64,000 nt of DNA from Candidatus Iainarchaeum sp. (GTDB taxonomy: Archaea > Iainarchaeota > Iainarchaeia > Iainarchaeales > JAFCCW01). A program made the translations under genes and the position numbers. Under the pieces are notes generated by a model that was given only the letters and a program-made list of their open reading frames with translations, made no database searches and was not told where the DNA came from. This document shows, one piece after another, positions 56,092 to 64,000 of the stretch. The stretch lies in contig JAFCCW010000001.1 of NCBI GenBank assembly GCA_017609985.1, positions 64,001 through 128,000 of the forward strand, written 5' to 3'. Position 1 is the stretch's first letter; every line of letters starts with the position of its first letter.

Positions 56092-57392
56092 TGGGATTTA
56101 GAGAATTTCTGGAAAAAATAGACAAAGAAACTGTTTCAAAGCCTGTTTCAAAAAAGCTAGAGGCAAGCGCAATCCTTGACCAGTTAGGAGAAAAAGCTGT
56201 ACTTTTTGAAGACATTAAGGAAAGCGATTTCAGGGTTGGCGGAAACCTGTTCACAAGCAAGCAGAGAACAGCAGACTATCTTGGCTGCAAGGTAAGCGAG
56301 CTAATTCCCACTCTCACAAATGCAATTGACAACCCCTCAAAGCCGGAAGAGGTTTCAGGGGGAGAATGCCAGGAAGTCGAGCTGGATTCAGTTGACTTGG
56401 ACAAGCTTCCGATTCTCTTTCACACAGAGGCAGACGGGGGAAACTATGTTTCTTCAGGAGTTGTTGTTTCCTCTTCCCCCGCGCACGGGCAAAACCTTGA
56501 CTTTCACAGGTGCATGCAGATTTCCAAAAACAAGTTTTCAGTCCGAATCGTAAGCACTAGAAACTTTGATGAATTCCTGCAAAAGCAGGGGGAAATGCCT
56601 ATTGCTGTTTGTGTCGGCAACGGAGCAAATACATTGATTGCAGCAGCTATCTCTGTTGAGATTGGAAAGAACGAGGAAGAGATTGCAAACACGCTCTCAC
56701 CCCTGCAGGTTACAAAGGCAAAAACCTCTGACCTGCTTGTTCCAGCTGATTCAGAATTCGTGCTGGAGGGGATAATCCGGCTTGCAGACAAGTCAGACGA
56801 GGGGCCGTTTGTTGACTTAACCGAGACAGTTGATGTAGTAAGGCAGGAACCGGTTTTTGAAGTCAAGAAAATAACGCACCGCAAGGACGCAATCTGGCAG
56901 GCACTGCTTCCAGGCAAGCTCGAGCACAAGCTCTTGATGGGAATGCCGCGCGAGCCCACGATGTTCAGGGAAGTGAATTCTGCTGGAGTCAAGTGCCTTG
57001 ATGTGAACGTGAATCCCGGGGGCTGTTCTTGGCTGCATGGGCTTGTGAAAATTGACAAGCAAAGCGAGGAAGACGGGAAAAAGGCAATTGAAGGAGCTTT
57101 CAAGGGGCACAAGTCATGCAAGCACATTTTCGTGGTTGACAAAGACATTGACATCTACAATCCATTGGAAGTAGAGTGGGCAATGGCTACCCGTTTCCAG
57201 GCATCAGACGACTTTGTAATGAAGGAAAAAGAGCCAGGCAGTTCCCTTGATCCAAGTGCGGAGTCAAAAACAAAGATGACAAGCAAATGCGGCTTTGATT
57301 GCACTGCCAAGCTTGAAGCAAAGGGAAAGAATTTTGGAAAAGCTGTTTTTCCAAAAGTTGAGTTGGAGAAGTTTTTGGGGGGAGAGCAATGA
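56091..57392 (+). CDS. UbiD-family decarboxylase, probably anhydromevalonate phosphate decarboxylase
   Basis: FHR, EGPFVD, EHKLLMG, VDKDIDI, SSLDPS; mevalonate operon context. Confidence 0.88.
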   Translation: MGFREFLEKIDKETVSKPVSKKLEASAILDQLGEKAVLFEDIKESDFRVGGNLFTSKQRTADYLGCKVSELIPTLTNAIDNPSKPEEVSGGECQEVELDSVDLDKLPILFHTEADGGNYVSSGVVVSSSPAHGQNLDFHRCMQISKNKFSVRIVSTRNFDEFLQKQGEMPIAVCVGNGANTLIAAAISVEIGKNEEEIANTLSPLQVTKAKTSDLLVPADSEFVLEGIIRLADKSDEGPFVDLTETVDVVRQEPVFEVKKITHRKDAIWQALLPGKLEHKLLMGMPREPTMFREVNSAGVKCLDVNVNPGGCSWLHGLVKIDKQSEEDGKKAIEGAFKGHKSCKHIFVVDKDIDIYNPLEVEWAMATRFQASDDFVMKEKEPGSSLDPSAESKTKMTSKCGFDCTAKLEAKGKNFGKAVFPKVELEKFLGGEQ

Positions 57393-58561
57393 AACTGTCA
57401 AAAGAAGAGCAGGAAATGATTGAAGGAAAGCAGGGAAATGCAGTAAAGAAGAGCATGGAAATTTTAACTGCTCTTGGAGAAATTTTCGGAGCAGAAGAAC
57501 TTGTGGATGTAAGCAGTGTCCAGATTGCCGGCGTCAGCTACCACAATCTTGGAGAAGCTGGATTGGAGTTTCTTGAAGAAATGGCAAAGGACGGCAAGAC
57601 CAAAGTTCTTACAACACTAAACCCTGCAGGAATGGACTTGGAGAACTGGAAGGCTCTTGGAATTTCTCCAGAGTTTGCAAAACAGCAAGAACTTGTAATA
57701 GAAGCATTTGCAAAGATGGGGGTAATCACTACCTGCACTTGCACCCCATATTTCATTGGAAACACGCCACATTATGGAGAACATATTGCTTGGGCTGAGT
57801 CAAGCGCGGTATGCTATGCAAACTCTGTTCTTGGATTGAAAACAAACAGGGAAGGAGGGCCAAGCGCTCTTGCTTCCGCTCTCACAGGAAAGACTCCAAA
57901 GTTCGGCTTGCATCTTGAAGAAAACAGACAGGCAAAGGTTTTAGTTGAATTAAATGCAGAGCTGAAGAGCGTGCCGGACTTTGGCGCACTGGGCTGGGCA
58001 GTTGGAAACAAAATCGGAAACAAGATTCCCCTGATTACTGGTGTGAAAAAAGCAAGCATTGAAGAACTCAAGAGCCTGTGCGCTAGCATTGCAACCTATG
58101 GCGGAACAGCAATGTTTCACATGGAGGGAATTACTCCAAGCAAGACAACTGTTCCGGAAGAAAAGCTTGAGATTGAAGAAGCAGACCTTGAAGAGGCAAG
58201 AAAAACACTCAACGACGAGATTGAAATTGATTTAATTGCAATCGGCTGCCCGCACTGTTCTCTTGGAGAAATCCAGAAAATTGCCTCTCTTCTTGAAGGA
58301 AAAAAAGTCAAAAAAGAAATGTGGATTTGTTTAGCAAGGCCAATCAAAAAGATTGCAGACCAGATGGGCTATTCAAAGACAATAGAGGGCTCGGGAGCAA
58401 AGTTTGCCTGCGACACCTGCATGGCTGTTGCTCCTTTGAAGGGAAGATTCAAGGGGCTGGCGACTGATTCAGCAAAAGCCTGTTTTTACGGCAGGGGAAA
58501 GAATTCTTTCAAAACCAAATTTATGCCATTGGAAGAGCTTGTAAAGGAGGCGACAGAATGA
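57389..58561 (+). CDS. Phosphomevalonate dehydratase large subunit (aconitase X, DUF521)
   Basis: GVSYHN, TCTCTPY, AESSAV, GCPH, DTC. Confidence 0.9.
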   Translation: MKLSKEEQEMIEGKQGNAVKKSMEILTALGEIFGAEELVDVSSVQIAGVSYHNLGEAGLEFLEEMAKDGKTKVLTTLNPAGMDLENWKALGISPEFAKQQELVIEAFAKMGVITTCTCTPYFIGNTPHYGEHIAWAESSAVCYANSVLGLKTNREGGPSALASALTGKTPKFGLHLEENRQAKVLVELNAELKSVPDFGALGWAVGNKIGNKIPLITGVKKASIEELKSLCASIATYGGTAMFHMEGITPSKTTVPEEKLEIEEADLEEARKTLNDEIEIDLIAIGCPHCSLGEIQKIASLLEGKKVKKEMWICLARPIKKIADQMGYSKTIEGSGAKFACDTCMAVAPLKGRFKGLATDSAKACFYGRGKNSFKTKFMPLEELVKEATE

Positions 58562-58947
58562 TTCTCAAAGGTCAGAAAGTCAGCGCTGGAAAAGCAGAGG
58601 GAGAAGCACTTGTCTCCACAGAAGGAATTTCTTTCTACGGCGGAGTAGAGCCGGAGATAGGAAAAATTGTTGAACAGGGGCACCCTCTTGAAGGAAAATC
58701 TGTTTCAGGAAAAATCCTTGTCTTTCCAGAGGGCAAGGGAAGCACTGTCGGCTCTTATACTTTGTACCAGATGAAAAAGTTCGGCACTGCGCCTGCAGCA
58801 ATAGTCAACAAGCAGGCTGAAACAATTGTTGCAGTTGGAGCAATAATTTCAGAGATTCCAGCAGTCCACAAGATAGACATTGAAAGGATAGAGAATGGAA
58901 CAATGCTCAGAGTTGACGGAGACAAGGGAGAAGTTGAAATAAAATAG
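58558..58947 (+). CDS. Phosphomevalonate dehydratase small subunit (DUF126 swivel)
   Basis: ISFYGGV, GKGSTVGSY, VAVGAII. Confidence 0.9.
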   Translation: MILKGQKVSAGKAEGEALVSTEGISFYGGVEPEIGKIVEQGHPLEGKSVSGKILVFPEGKGSTVGSYTLYQMKKFGTAPAAIVNKQAETIVAVGAIISEIPAVHKIDIERIENGTMLRVDGDKGEVEIK

Positions 58948-58963
58948 ACAGGATAGTGATTGA

Positions 58964-59755
58964 ATGCTCTATATTTTAAAAATTGGCGGAAGCGTTTGTA
59001 CTGAAAAAGACGAGAACAATCTGCAGGCTAAAGAAGAAACCATCCAAAGAATCGCCCGCGAAATAAAACAGGCAATGGAAAATAAGAGATTTCAGTTAAT
59101 CCTTGTTCACGGAGCAGGTCCTTTTGGACACAAGCTTGTGACGGATTTTGAGATTGACAACGGACTGAAGAACGAAGAGGATTTCGCTAAATTCAAGAAA
59201 GTTCAGGAGTCAATGAAGCAGCTTAATGGCATTGTATTGAAAGAGTTTGAAAAAGAAGGAGTTGAACTGCATCCGCTTGTTCCACATGAAGTGATTAGGC
59301 AGGAGAACAAAAAGATAACAAGTTTTGATACACAAATTCTTGGACAATTTCTTTCCAATGGCAAGATTCCAACCCTCTATGGTGACATGGTTCCAGACTC
59401 AAAATTAAAGGGAAGCGTTGTTTCTGGAGACTCAATAATTGCGTGGCTTTCACGTGAACTAAAAGCAGACACTGTATTCCTTGGCACAGATGTCGACGGA
59501 ATCTATTCAGCTGACCCGAAGAAGGACAGCAATGCAAAGAGGTTTGACAGAATTAATGAAAGCAACTGGCTAGCGGTTGAGAAAGCACTGGATGAAGCAA
59601 GCACTGTTGATGTCACAGGCGGAATGAAGGGAAAAATCGAAAAAATGCGAGAAAAATTCAAAGGCGGAAAAGTAATTGTCTTTGACGCAAACAAAGAAGA
59701 AAGCGTTTTCAAAGCATTAACTGGGCAAAAAATAGGAACCTTGATTGAGTTTTAA
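58964..59755 (+). CDS. Isopentenyl phosphate kinase
   Basis: KIGGS, HGAGPFGH, SGD, DVTGGMKGK. Confidence 0.93.
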   Translation: MLYILKIGGSVCTEKDENNLQAKEETIQRIAREIKQAMENKRFQLILVHGAGPFGHKLVTDFEIDNGLKNEEDFAKFKKVQESMKQLNGIVLKEFEKEGVELHPLVPHEVIRQENKKITSFDTQILGQFLSNGKIPTLYGDMVPDSKLKGSVVSGDSIIAWLSRELKADTVFLGTDVDGIYSADPKKDSNAKRFDRINESNWLAVEKALDEASTVDVTGGMKGKIEKMREKFKGGKVIVFDANKEESVFKALTGQKIGTLIEF

Positions 59756-59756
59756 C

Positions 59757-60281
59757 ATGTCTGAAGAAATATTCGAAGTAGTTGATGACAACAACAATGT
59801 TGTCGGTCTTGAAAAAAGGTCAATAGTTCACAAAACTGGCTTGCCGCATCGCGGAGTATATGTTCTTCTTTTTAATAGCAGAAAAGAACTGCTTTTGCAA
59901 AAACGAGCTTCCTCTAAAAAGATTGCTCCAAGCACGTGGGATGTTTCCAGTGCAGAACACCTGAAACCAGGAGAAAGCTTTGAAGAAGCAGCAAAACGTG
60001 GGCTAGAAGAGGAAGTAAAAATCTTCAATTCCGCTCCCAACCATGTTCTTGACTTTCGCTACACTCACGAATATAATGTTGGTTTGAAAGACGATGAATT
60101 CAATTCAGTTTTTGAACTAGTTTATGATGGGGCTTTTGCTCCAGACAAGGAAGAAGTTTCGGAAGCAAAATTTTTTTCGCTTGAACAGGTCAAAAAAATG
60201 CTTGAAGAAAATCCAGGACAGTTTGCTCCCTGGGTTGAAAAGGTTTTAAGACTCTATTTCGAGAAAAAGAAACTAGTTTAG
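59757..60281 (+). CDS. NUDIX hydrolase, IDI type-1-like (last gene of MVA operon)
   Basis: GLPHR, LQKR, EHLKPGE..EAAKRGLEEEV, FAPW. Confidence 0.85.
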   Translation: MSEEIFEVVDDNNNVVGLEKRSIVHKTGLPHRGVYVLLFNSRKELLLQKRASSKKIAPSTWDVSSAEHLKPGESFEEAAKRGLEEEVKIFNSAPNHVLDFRYTHEYNVGLKDDEFNSVFELVYDGAFAPDKEEVSEAKFFSLEQVKKMLEENPGQFAPWVEKVLRLYFEKKKLV

Positions 60282-60294
60282 GACAAGCTAAATA

Positions 60295-60858
60295 TTATTT
60301 AAATTTTTTAAATTCGCTGCTTTCCCTGAAGACACGCATTGTTTCGTGAAACCAAGCAGGATAATCATCTGGTTTGCTTTTAAGCTCTTCAATAATTTCT
60401 GAAATACTTTTTTCTATTGGCTGAGATTCCATTTCATCCAAATTAGGTTTTATTTCTCCATCAAAAACTGCAACATTTACATAACAAAACTCGTTTTCGC
60501 AGGTTCCGTCTTCATATCCTGCTTCGTATGAAAAACCAGGTAATTCCACAAATTCAATTTCTTCTCTGACTCCGTACTCGTTTTCCAAGCAACGCCTTGC
60601 AGCCTCTTTCTTTGTTTCCCCTGCAAGAATATGTGTAGTGGGAACGTCAAGAACATTGCCTCCAATTTTTCTGGAATGCCTATGGTGCATTAACAGCTTT
60701 TTGTCACTGTTAAACAAAAGAACCTGCACTGCAAGATGCTTTGTTCCAGGGCTCTTGTGAGCCTCTTTTCGCGCAATAGACTGTCCGTCTGGCTGTCCTT
60801 GAGCATCACAAGTTGCCATTAATTCATCTGGTTTGTCCTCAAGTTTTTTTCCGTTCAC
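60295..60858 (-). CDS. NUDIX hydrolase, IDI type-1-like
   Basis: AH...KHLAVQV, THILAGE..EAARRCLENEYG, CENEFC, YPAWF; start placed at GTG 60858. Confidence 0.82.
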   Translation of the reverse strand: MNGKKLEDKPDELMATCDAQGQPDGQSIARKEAHKSPGTKHLAVQVLLFNSDKKLLMHHRHSRKIGGNVLDVPTTHILAGETKKEAARRCLENEYGVREEIEFVELPGFSYEAGYEDGTCENEFCYVNVAVFDGEIKPNLDEMESQPIEKSISEIIEELKSKPDDYPAWFHETMRVFRESSEFKKFK

Positions 60859-60893
60859 AGTAAAGCTTTTAGAGAAGATAATTATAAAATATA

Positions 60894-61217
60894 ATGTTTG
60901 GAATGAGAAAAATAAGACACACACCGTTTACAAGAGCAGATTGGAAAAAATCAAAACAAGATATTTTTCACAAAGTAACTAACTGGGTTGACAGAAAATT
61001 AAGACCTGGAAGATACAAGCCAGTTATTTCCTCAGACCAGTATGCTGCAAAAATAGGTTATGCAAAATCAGCTGAAGAATATGAAAAAAGACACGGAGTA
61101 GTTACTAGACGGGATCTTCCAAGAGATGCAGAAATACAAGGAACTGTTCTAGACGATGGCTCAGTGGAAATATTGAGAATAAGGAAAAAAACCCCTTCAC
61201 AAAGAAAAAAAAAGTAG
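60894..61217 (+). CDS. Hypothetical basic protein
   Basis: 107-aa ORF filling the intergenic space. Confidence 0.55.
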   Translation: MFGMRKIRHTPFTRADWKKSKQDIFHKVTNWVDRKLRPGRYKPVISSDQYAAKIGYAKSAEEYEKRHGVVTRRDLPRDAEIQGTVLDDGSVEILRIRKKTPSQRKKK

Positions 61218-61229
61218 TGTACAAGAAAA

Positions 61230-62030
61230 CTATTTATTCAAAATTTTCCTCACTCGCTTAACTGGCAGAGTCTGATTTTCAAGCACGCTCGCAATATTCT
61301 GCTTTTTCTTTCCCAATCCCTTCCAGTCAAGCACAATTGCTTCAATTTTTTCCCTGCTAGATTTGATTGCTTTTGCAAGAATTTCCCCTGAAAAATTTTC
61401 AAGATTGTACTCTGGGCAGATATGAGAAAAAGCATAATCTGTCCTTAACACTAACTTGGTGAACTCTCTTGGATAATGCTGGCCTCCGACTCCAATGCAA
61501 GCCTTGTAATTTCCCTCGAGTGAAGTTGCTTTCACAATAGTTTCAGCAATTGCTTCTCCTGCCAGCTCATCACTCCACTGCTTTTCACAGCTTCCCAGTT
61601 CAATAAAGACAGCTGGCTTTTCAAGAAACGGGCCATGGTGAGTGCATTCAAGAATAACTTCATAATCAAGCTTTTTCTCAGTCTTCTGGCTTTCCAGTTC
61701 CAGCAAATAGTTTTTCAGCAGGTTTGCTGATGTTAACACAATCTCTTTCTTTTTTCCGCCGTGACTATTGTCTTCCCCCCAATTGCCTACTCCGTGCACT
61801 GTGAGAGTTGGCTTTTCTGACTTGGAAGCATGCTTGCTTGCAAAAACAAGCACATCTCCAGCACAATCATTTACGCTGTCTGCAAAAATTTGGTTTTCTT
61901 CAATAAAAACAAGTTCAAAATCGGGAAATTCTCTGGATTTTCCAGTTTCAAATCCAAATTTTTTCTGCAGATGATTTGCAATATTCATTCCAGCAGAATC
62001 TTGCTCAGAGACAATTATGGAAAACTTCAT
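61230..62030 (-). CDS. dtdA: D-aminoacyl-tRNA deacylase (archaeal DTD2)
   Basis: FASKH, LTVH..GN, ECTHHGP, FIELGS, GGQHY. Confidence 0.93.
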   Translation of the reverse strand: MKFSIIVSEQDSAGMNIANHLQKKFGFETGKSREFPDFELVFIEENQIFADSVNDCAGDVLVFASKHASKSEKPTLTVHGVGNWGEDNSHGGKKKEIVLTSANLLKNYLLELESQKTEKKLDYEVILECTHHGPFLEKPAVFIELGSCEKQWSDELAGEAIAETIVKATSLEGNYKACIGVGGQHYPREFTKLVLRTDYAFSHICPEYNLENFSGEILAKAIKSSREKIEAIVLDWKGLGKKKQNIASVLENQTLPVKRVRKILNK

Positions 62031-62068
62031 ATGAAAAGAATTTAATACTCGGAAAGCATAAATTTATT

Positions 62069-62548
62069 ATGCGAAGAGAACGCATTAATTTTGAGAGAAA
62101 ACCTGGGTTTTTTCAGAGAGCCAAAGAAGGTGCTGTCAAAGCCTGGCGATGGGCAACAGCAGAAGATCTGGTTCAAGTACATGAAAAAAGCAGGAAAGCA
62201 AATGCTGAAAGACAATTGGAACAAGCAGAAGAAACAGCAAAAACAGAAATAAAAACAAAAATAGCAGAAATTCTTTTACGGCAAGAAGTTCCTTCTTTTC
62301 CGCAAGCAAAACAACAAATTGCTGTATTTGATTCCCTGATTGAAGCAAGGGATTTTGATGAAAAAGAAGAACGTCTTGCAAAGCTTGAACTCAGACTTAA
62401 TTTCAAAAGTCTTTTTTCGAGAAACGATCTTATCAGGGAACTATCTTCTGAAGGCCAAGCATACAGAGCAAAAGTCAGGAAATTGCTTGATTTAGACCGT
62501 TATACTACTCAGGCTGCTTTTGAAGCCCTAAAAAAACTAGGCAAATAA
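62069..62548 (+). CDS. Hypothetical helical protein
   Basis: ATG at 62069 (MRRERINF); stop abuts the next gene. Confidence 0.6.
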   Translation: MRRERINFERKPGFFQRAKEGAVKAWRWATAEDLVQVHEKSRKANAERQLEQAEETAKTEIKTKIAEILLRQEVPSFPQAKQQIAVFDSLIEARDFDEKEERLAKLELRLNFKSLFSRNDLIRELSSEGQAYRAKVRKLLDLDRYTTQAAFEALKKLGK

Positions 62549-63022
62549 TTATTTTCCATAACTCTGTTTTAGTTGCTCCAAAACAGAGGATATATTTTCA
62601 ATTGAATTGTTAATAGGCATTTTAATCCAGTAAGAAAAGCTTTCAGAAATATTTCCTCGCTCTCCCTCGGGAGCATGATTTAACTCATACTTATTTTTCT
62701 TTCTCACAATCAATCCAAGCTCAATCATTTTGTTCAAATGATAACGGAGTAGCTTCTCACTGACTCTTTTCTGGAATTTTTCAGAAATAAATTTCTGAAT
62801 TTCTTTAGTGGACGGAGCCCGGTGTTTTTCAAGAAGAAAACTAAAAAGAGCATCAAGCACGTTGAGCACAGTATCCCGGCTCTCCTTCTCCGAAATCAAG
62901 CCAAACGAGAGGGCAAACCATCTCAGCATAGATCTTCTAGTCAACTTCACGTCCGGAGGCAAGTCCATCTGCCTGATAGTGAATGTTTTCCTCACAAGAC
63001 CTGATTCTGGAAATTCAGCCAT
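62549..63022 (-). CDS. wHTH protein
   Basis: LRWFALSFGL...SRD; SEKLLRYHLNKMIELGLI HTH. Confidence 0.75.
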   Translation of the reverse strand: MAEFPESGLVRKTFTIRQMDLPPDVKLTRRSMLRWFALSFGLISEKESRDTVLNVLDALFSFLLEKHRAPSTKEIQKFISEKFQKRVSEKLLRYHLNKMIELGLIVRKKNKYELNHAPEGERGNISESFSYWIKMPINNSIENISSVLEQLKQSYGK

Positions 63023-63259
63023 AAAAATCACGGAAAAAGTTTCTTTCCTTTCTATTAAAGTCTAATCTCATATTTATTCTTTTTCTGTGCCACGGCTTTG
63101 CTCTTAAATTAGGCGAAAAAGCTGAATAAAAGAGCAGAAAGAATAATTTAGGAGCAGATTTAAAAGGAGGTAAAATTTTGGAAACAATATTATGACAAAG
63201 CCCTGTGCCACCACACAATTTTTAAGAACAATCACACAATTCTGTTATTGGGGGATTTA

Positions 63260-63613
63260 ATGGAATTAGTTACTAGATTTACACCTTTTAGAATGAAACT
63301 TGCAAACAGAGAGCCGGTTCAATTATTTGTTGAAGTATTGAATGATGAAAAAGCAGACAAAATGCTTTCTCTTTCGATTTCTCTTGACAGAACTCTTTCC
63401 TTTGACAAAGGCGGTTACAAAACAGATGCTTCCGAGCGCATTGAAAAACTTGCAGCTGGTCAGTCAAAAAGATTCTATTACGATCTCTTTCCAAAGCCAG
63501 GAATACGCCTTGGAAATACTCCAATCAAAGTAACTCTTACAGAGTATTACAACAGCTATGAATATGTTCAAAACCAGGTTGTAAAAACTGTTGCACTCAA
63601 AGTAGAGGAATAG
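63260..63613 (+). CDS. Hypothetical beta-rich (Ig-like) protein
   Basis: Alternating beta pattern, LAAGQSKRFYY. Confidence 0.6.
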   Translation: MELVTRFTPFRMKLANREPVQLFVEVLNDEKADKMLSLSISLDRTLSFDKGGYKTDASERIEKLAAGQSKRFYYDLFPKPGIRLGNTPIKVTLTEYYNSYEYVQNQVVKTVALKVEE

Positions 63614-63644
63614 AATTAAATATTTCTAGTTCCTATTTATTTTC

Positions 63645-64000
63645 ATGCCTGGAAAAAGAAATCCAAAACCTGTTTCTCGTGCAGACCGTCTTCGTGACCC
63701 AAAAAGACCTCTTGCAGGCTGGCCAACGCTAGAAGATGTTCAAGCACACAAGGCTCCAACAAACAACAGGCTTCTTGAAATGCAGCAAGCCAAAGCTGTT
63801 GCAGAAGCAAGGTCTGTTCAAGAAGTTGTTGCAAGCATTAACAGAATCGGAGAACGAGCGCAAACAAAGCACAAAGCATGGCTTTCCACACTTGAAATGC
63901 TTGAGCGAACAGCAAAAAAGGCAGCACCCGAACACCTGCCACAAGCACAGGAATTGATTAGATTGATTCAAAAAAATCAACTCACTGTTGCTGAGTGGGG
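63645..64000 (+). CDS. Hypothetical protein, runs off the window (not in ORF track)
   Basis: Open frame from ATG 63645 to the window end: MPGKRNPKPVSRADRLRDPKRP... Confidence 0.65.
   Translation, partial: MPGKRNPKPVSRADRLRDPKRPLAGWPTLEDVQAHKAPTNNRLLEMQQAKAVAEARSVQEVVASINRIGERAQTKHKAWLSTLEMLERTAKKAAPEHLPQAQELIRLIQKNQLTVAEW

Noticed and set aside
1-64000. CRISPR array, IS transposase or prophage
   Set aside because: No repeat-spacer periodicity and no transposase, capsid or terminase motifs were seen

Overview
Core-chromosome window of an AT-rich, gene-dense archaeon. Evidence: RadA, TFE, aTrm56, eS19/eL39/eL31/aIF6/eL20, class I LysRS, A1-U72 initiator tRNA and GGGP synthases. A DPANN lineage such as Iainarchaeota/Diapherotrites is my inference, not something the sequence proves. 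It holds a translation/SRP operon, 7 tRNAs, an SRP RNA, a class III RNR operon, a long RelA/SpoT homolog, a XerA recombinase next to an apparent strand-bias switch, and a single operon covering the archaeal (anhydromevalonate-phosphate) mevalonate pathway from acetyl-CoA to IPP. No CRISPR, IS element or prophage was seen. Top finding: NrdD appears split. The large chain stops before the glycyl-radical loop, and that loop plus half of the Zn site sits in a separate 49-aa ORF (28514-28663, missed by the ORF track) with its own SD and TGATG coupling; a -1 frameshift or homopolymer error must still be excluded. Other leads: a hydrolase-dead RSH, tandem GGGPS paralogs with one altered G1P motif, an SRP RNA apparently lacking helix 6, a stand-alone HPF-like protein, a hairpin-rich leader before rps19e, a TA pair with a perfect operator and flanking degenerate repeats, and a Kazal/Cys-rich lipoprotein. 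All family calls come from motif recognition by eye; no searches were run.
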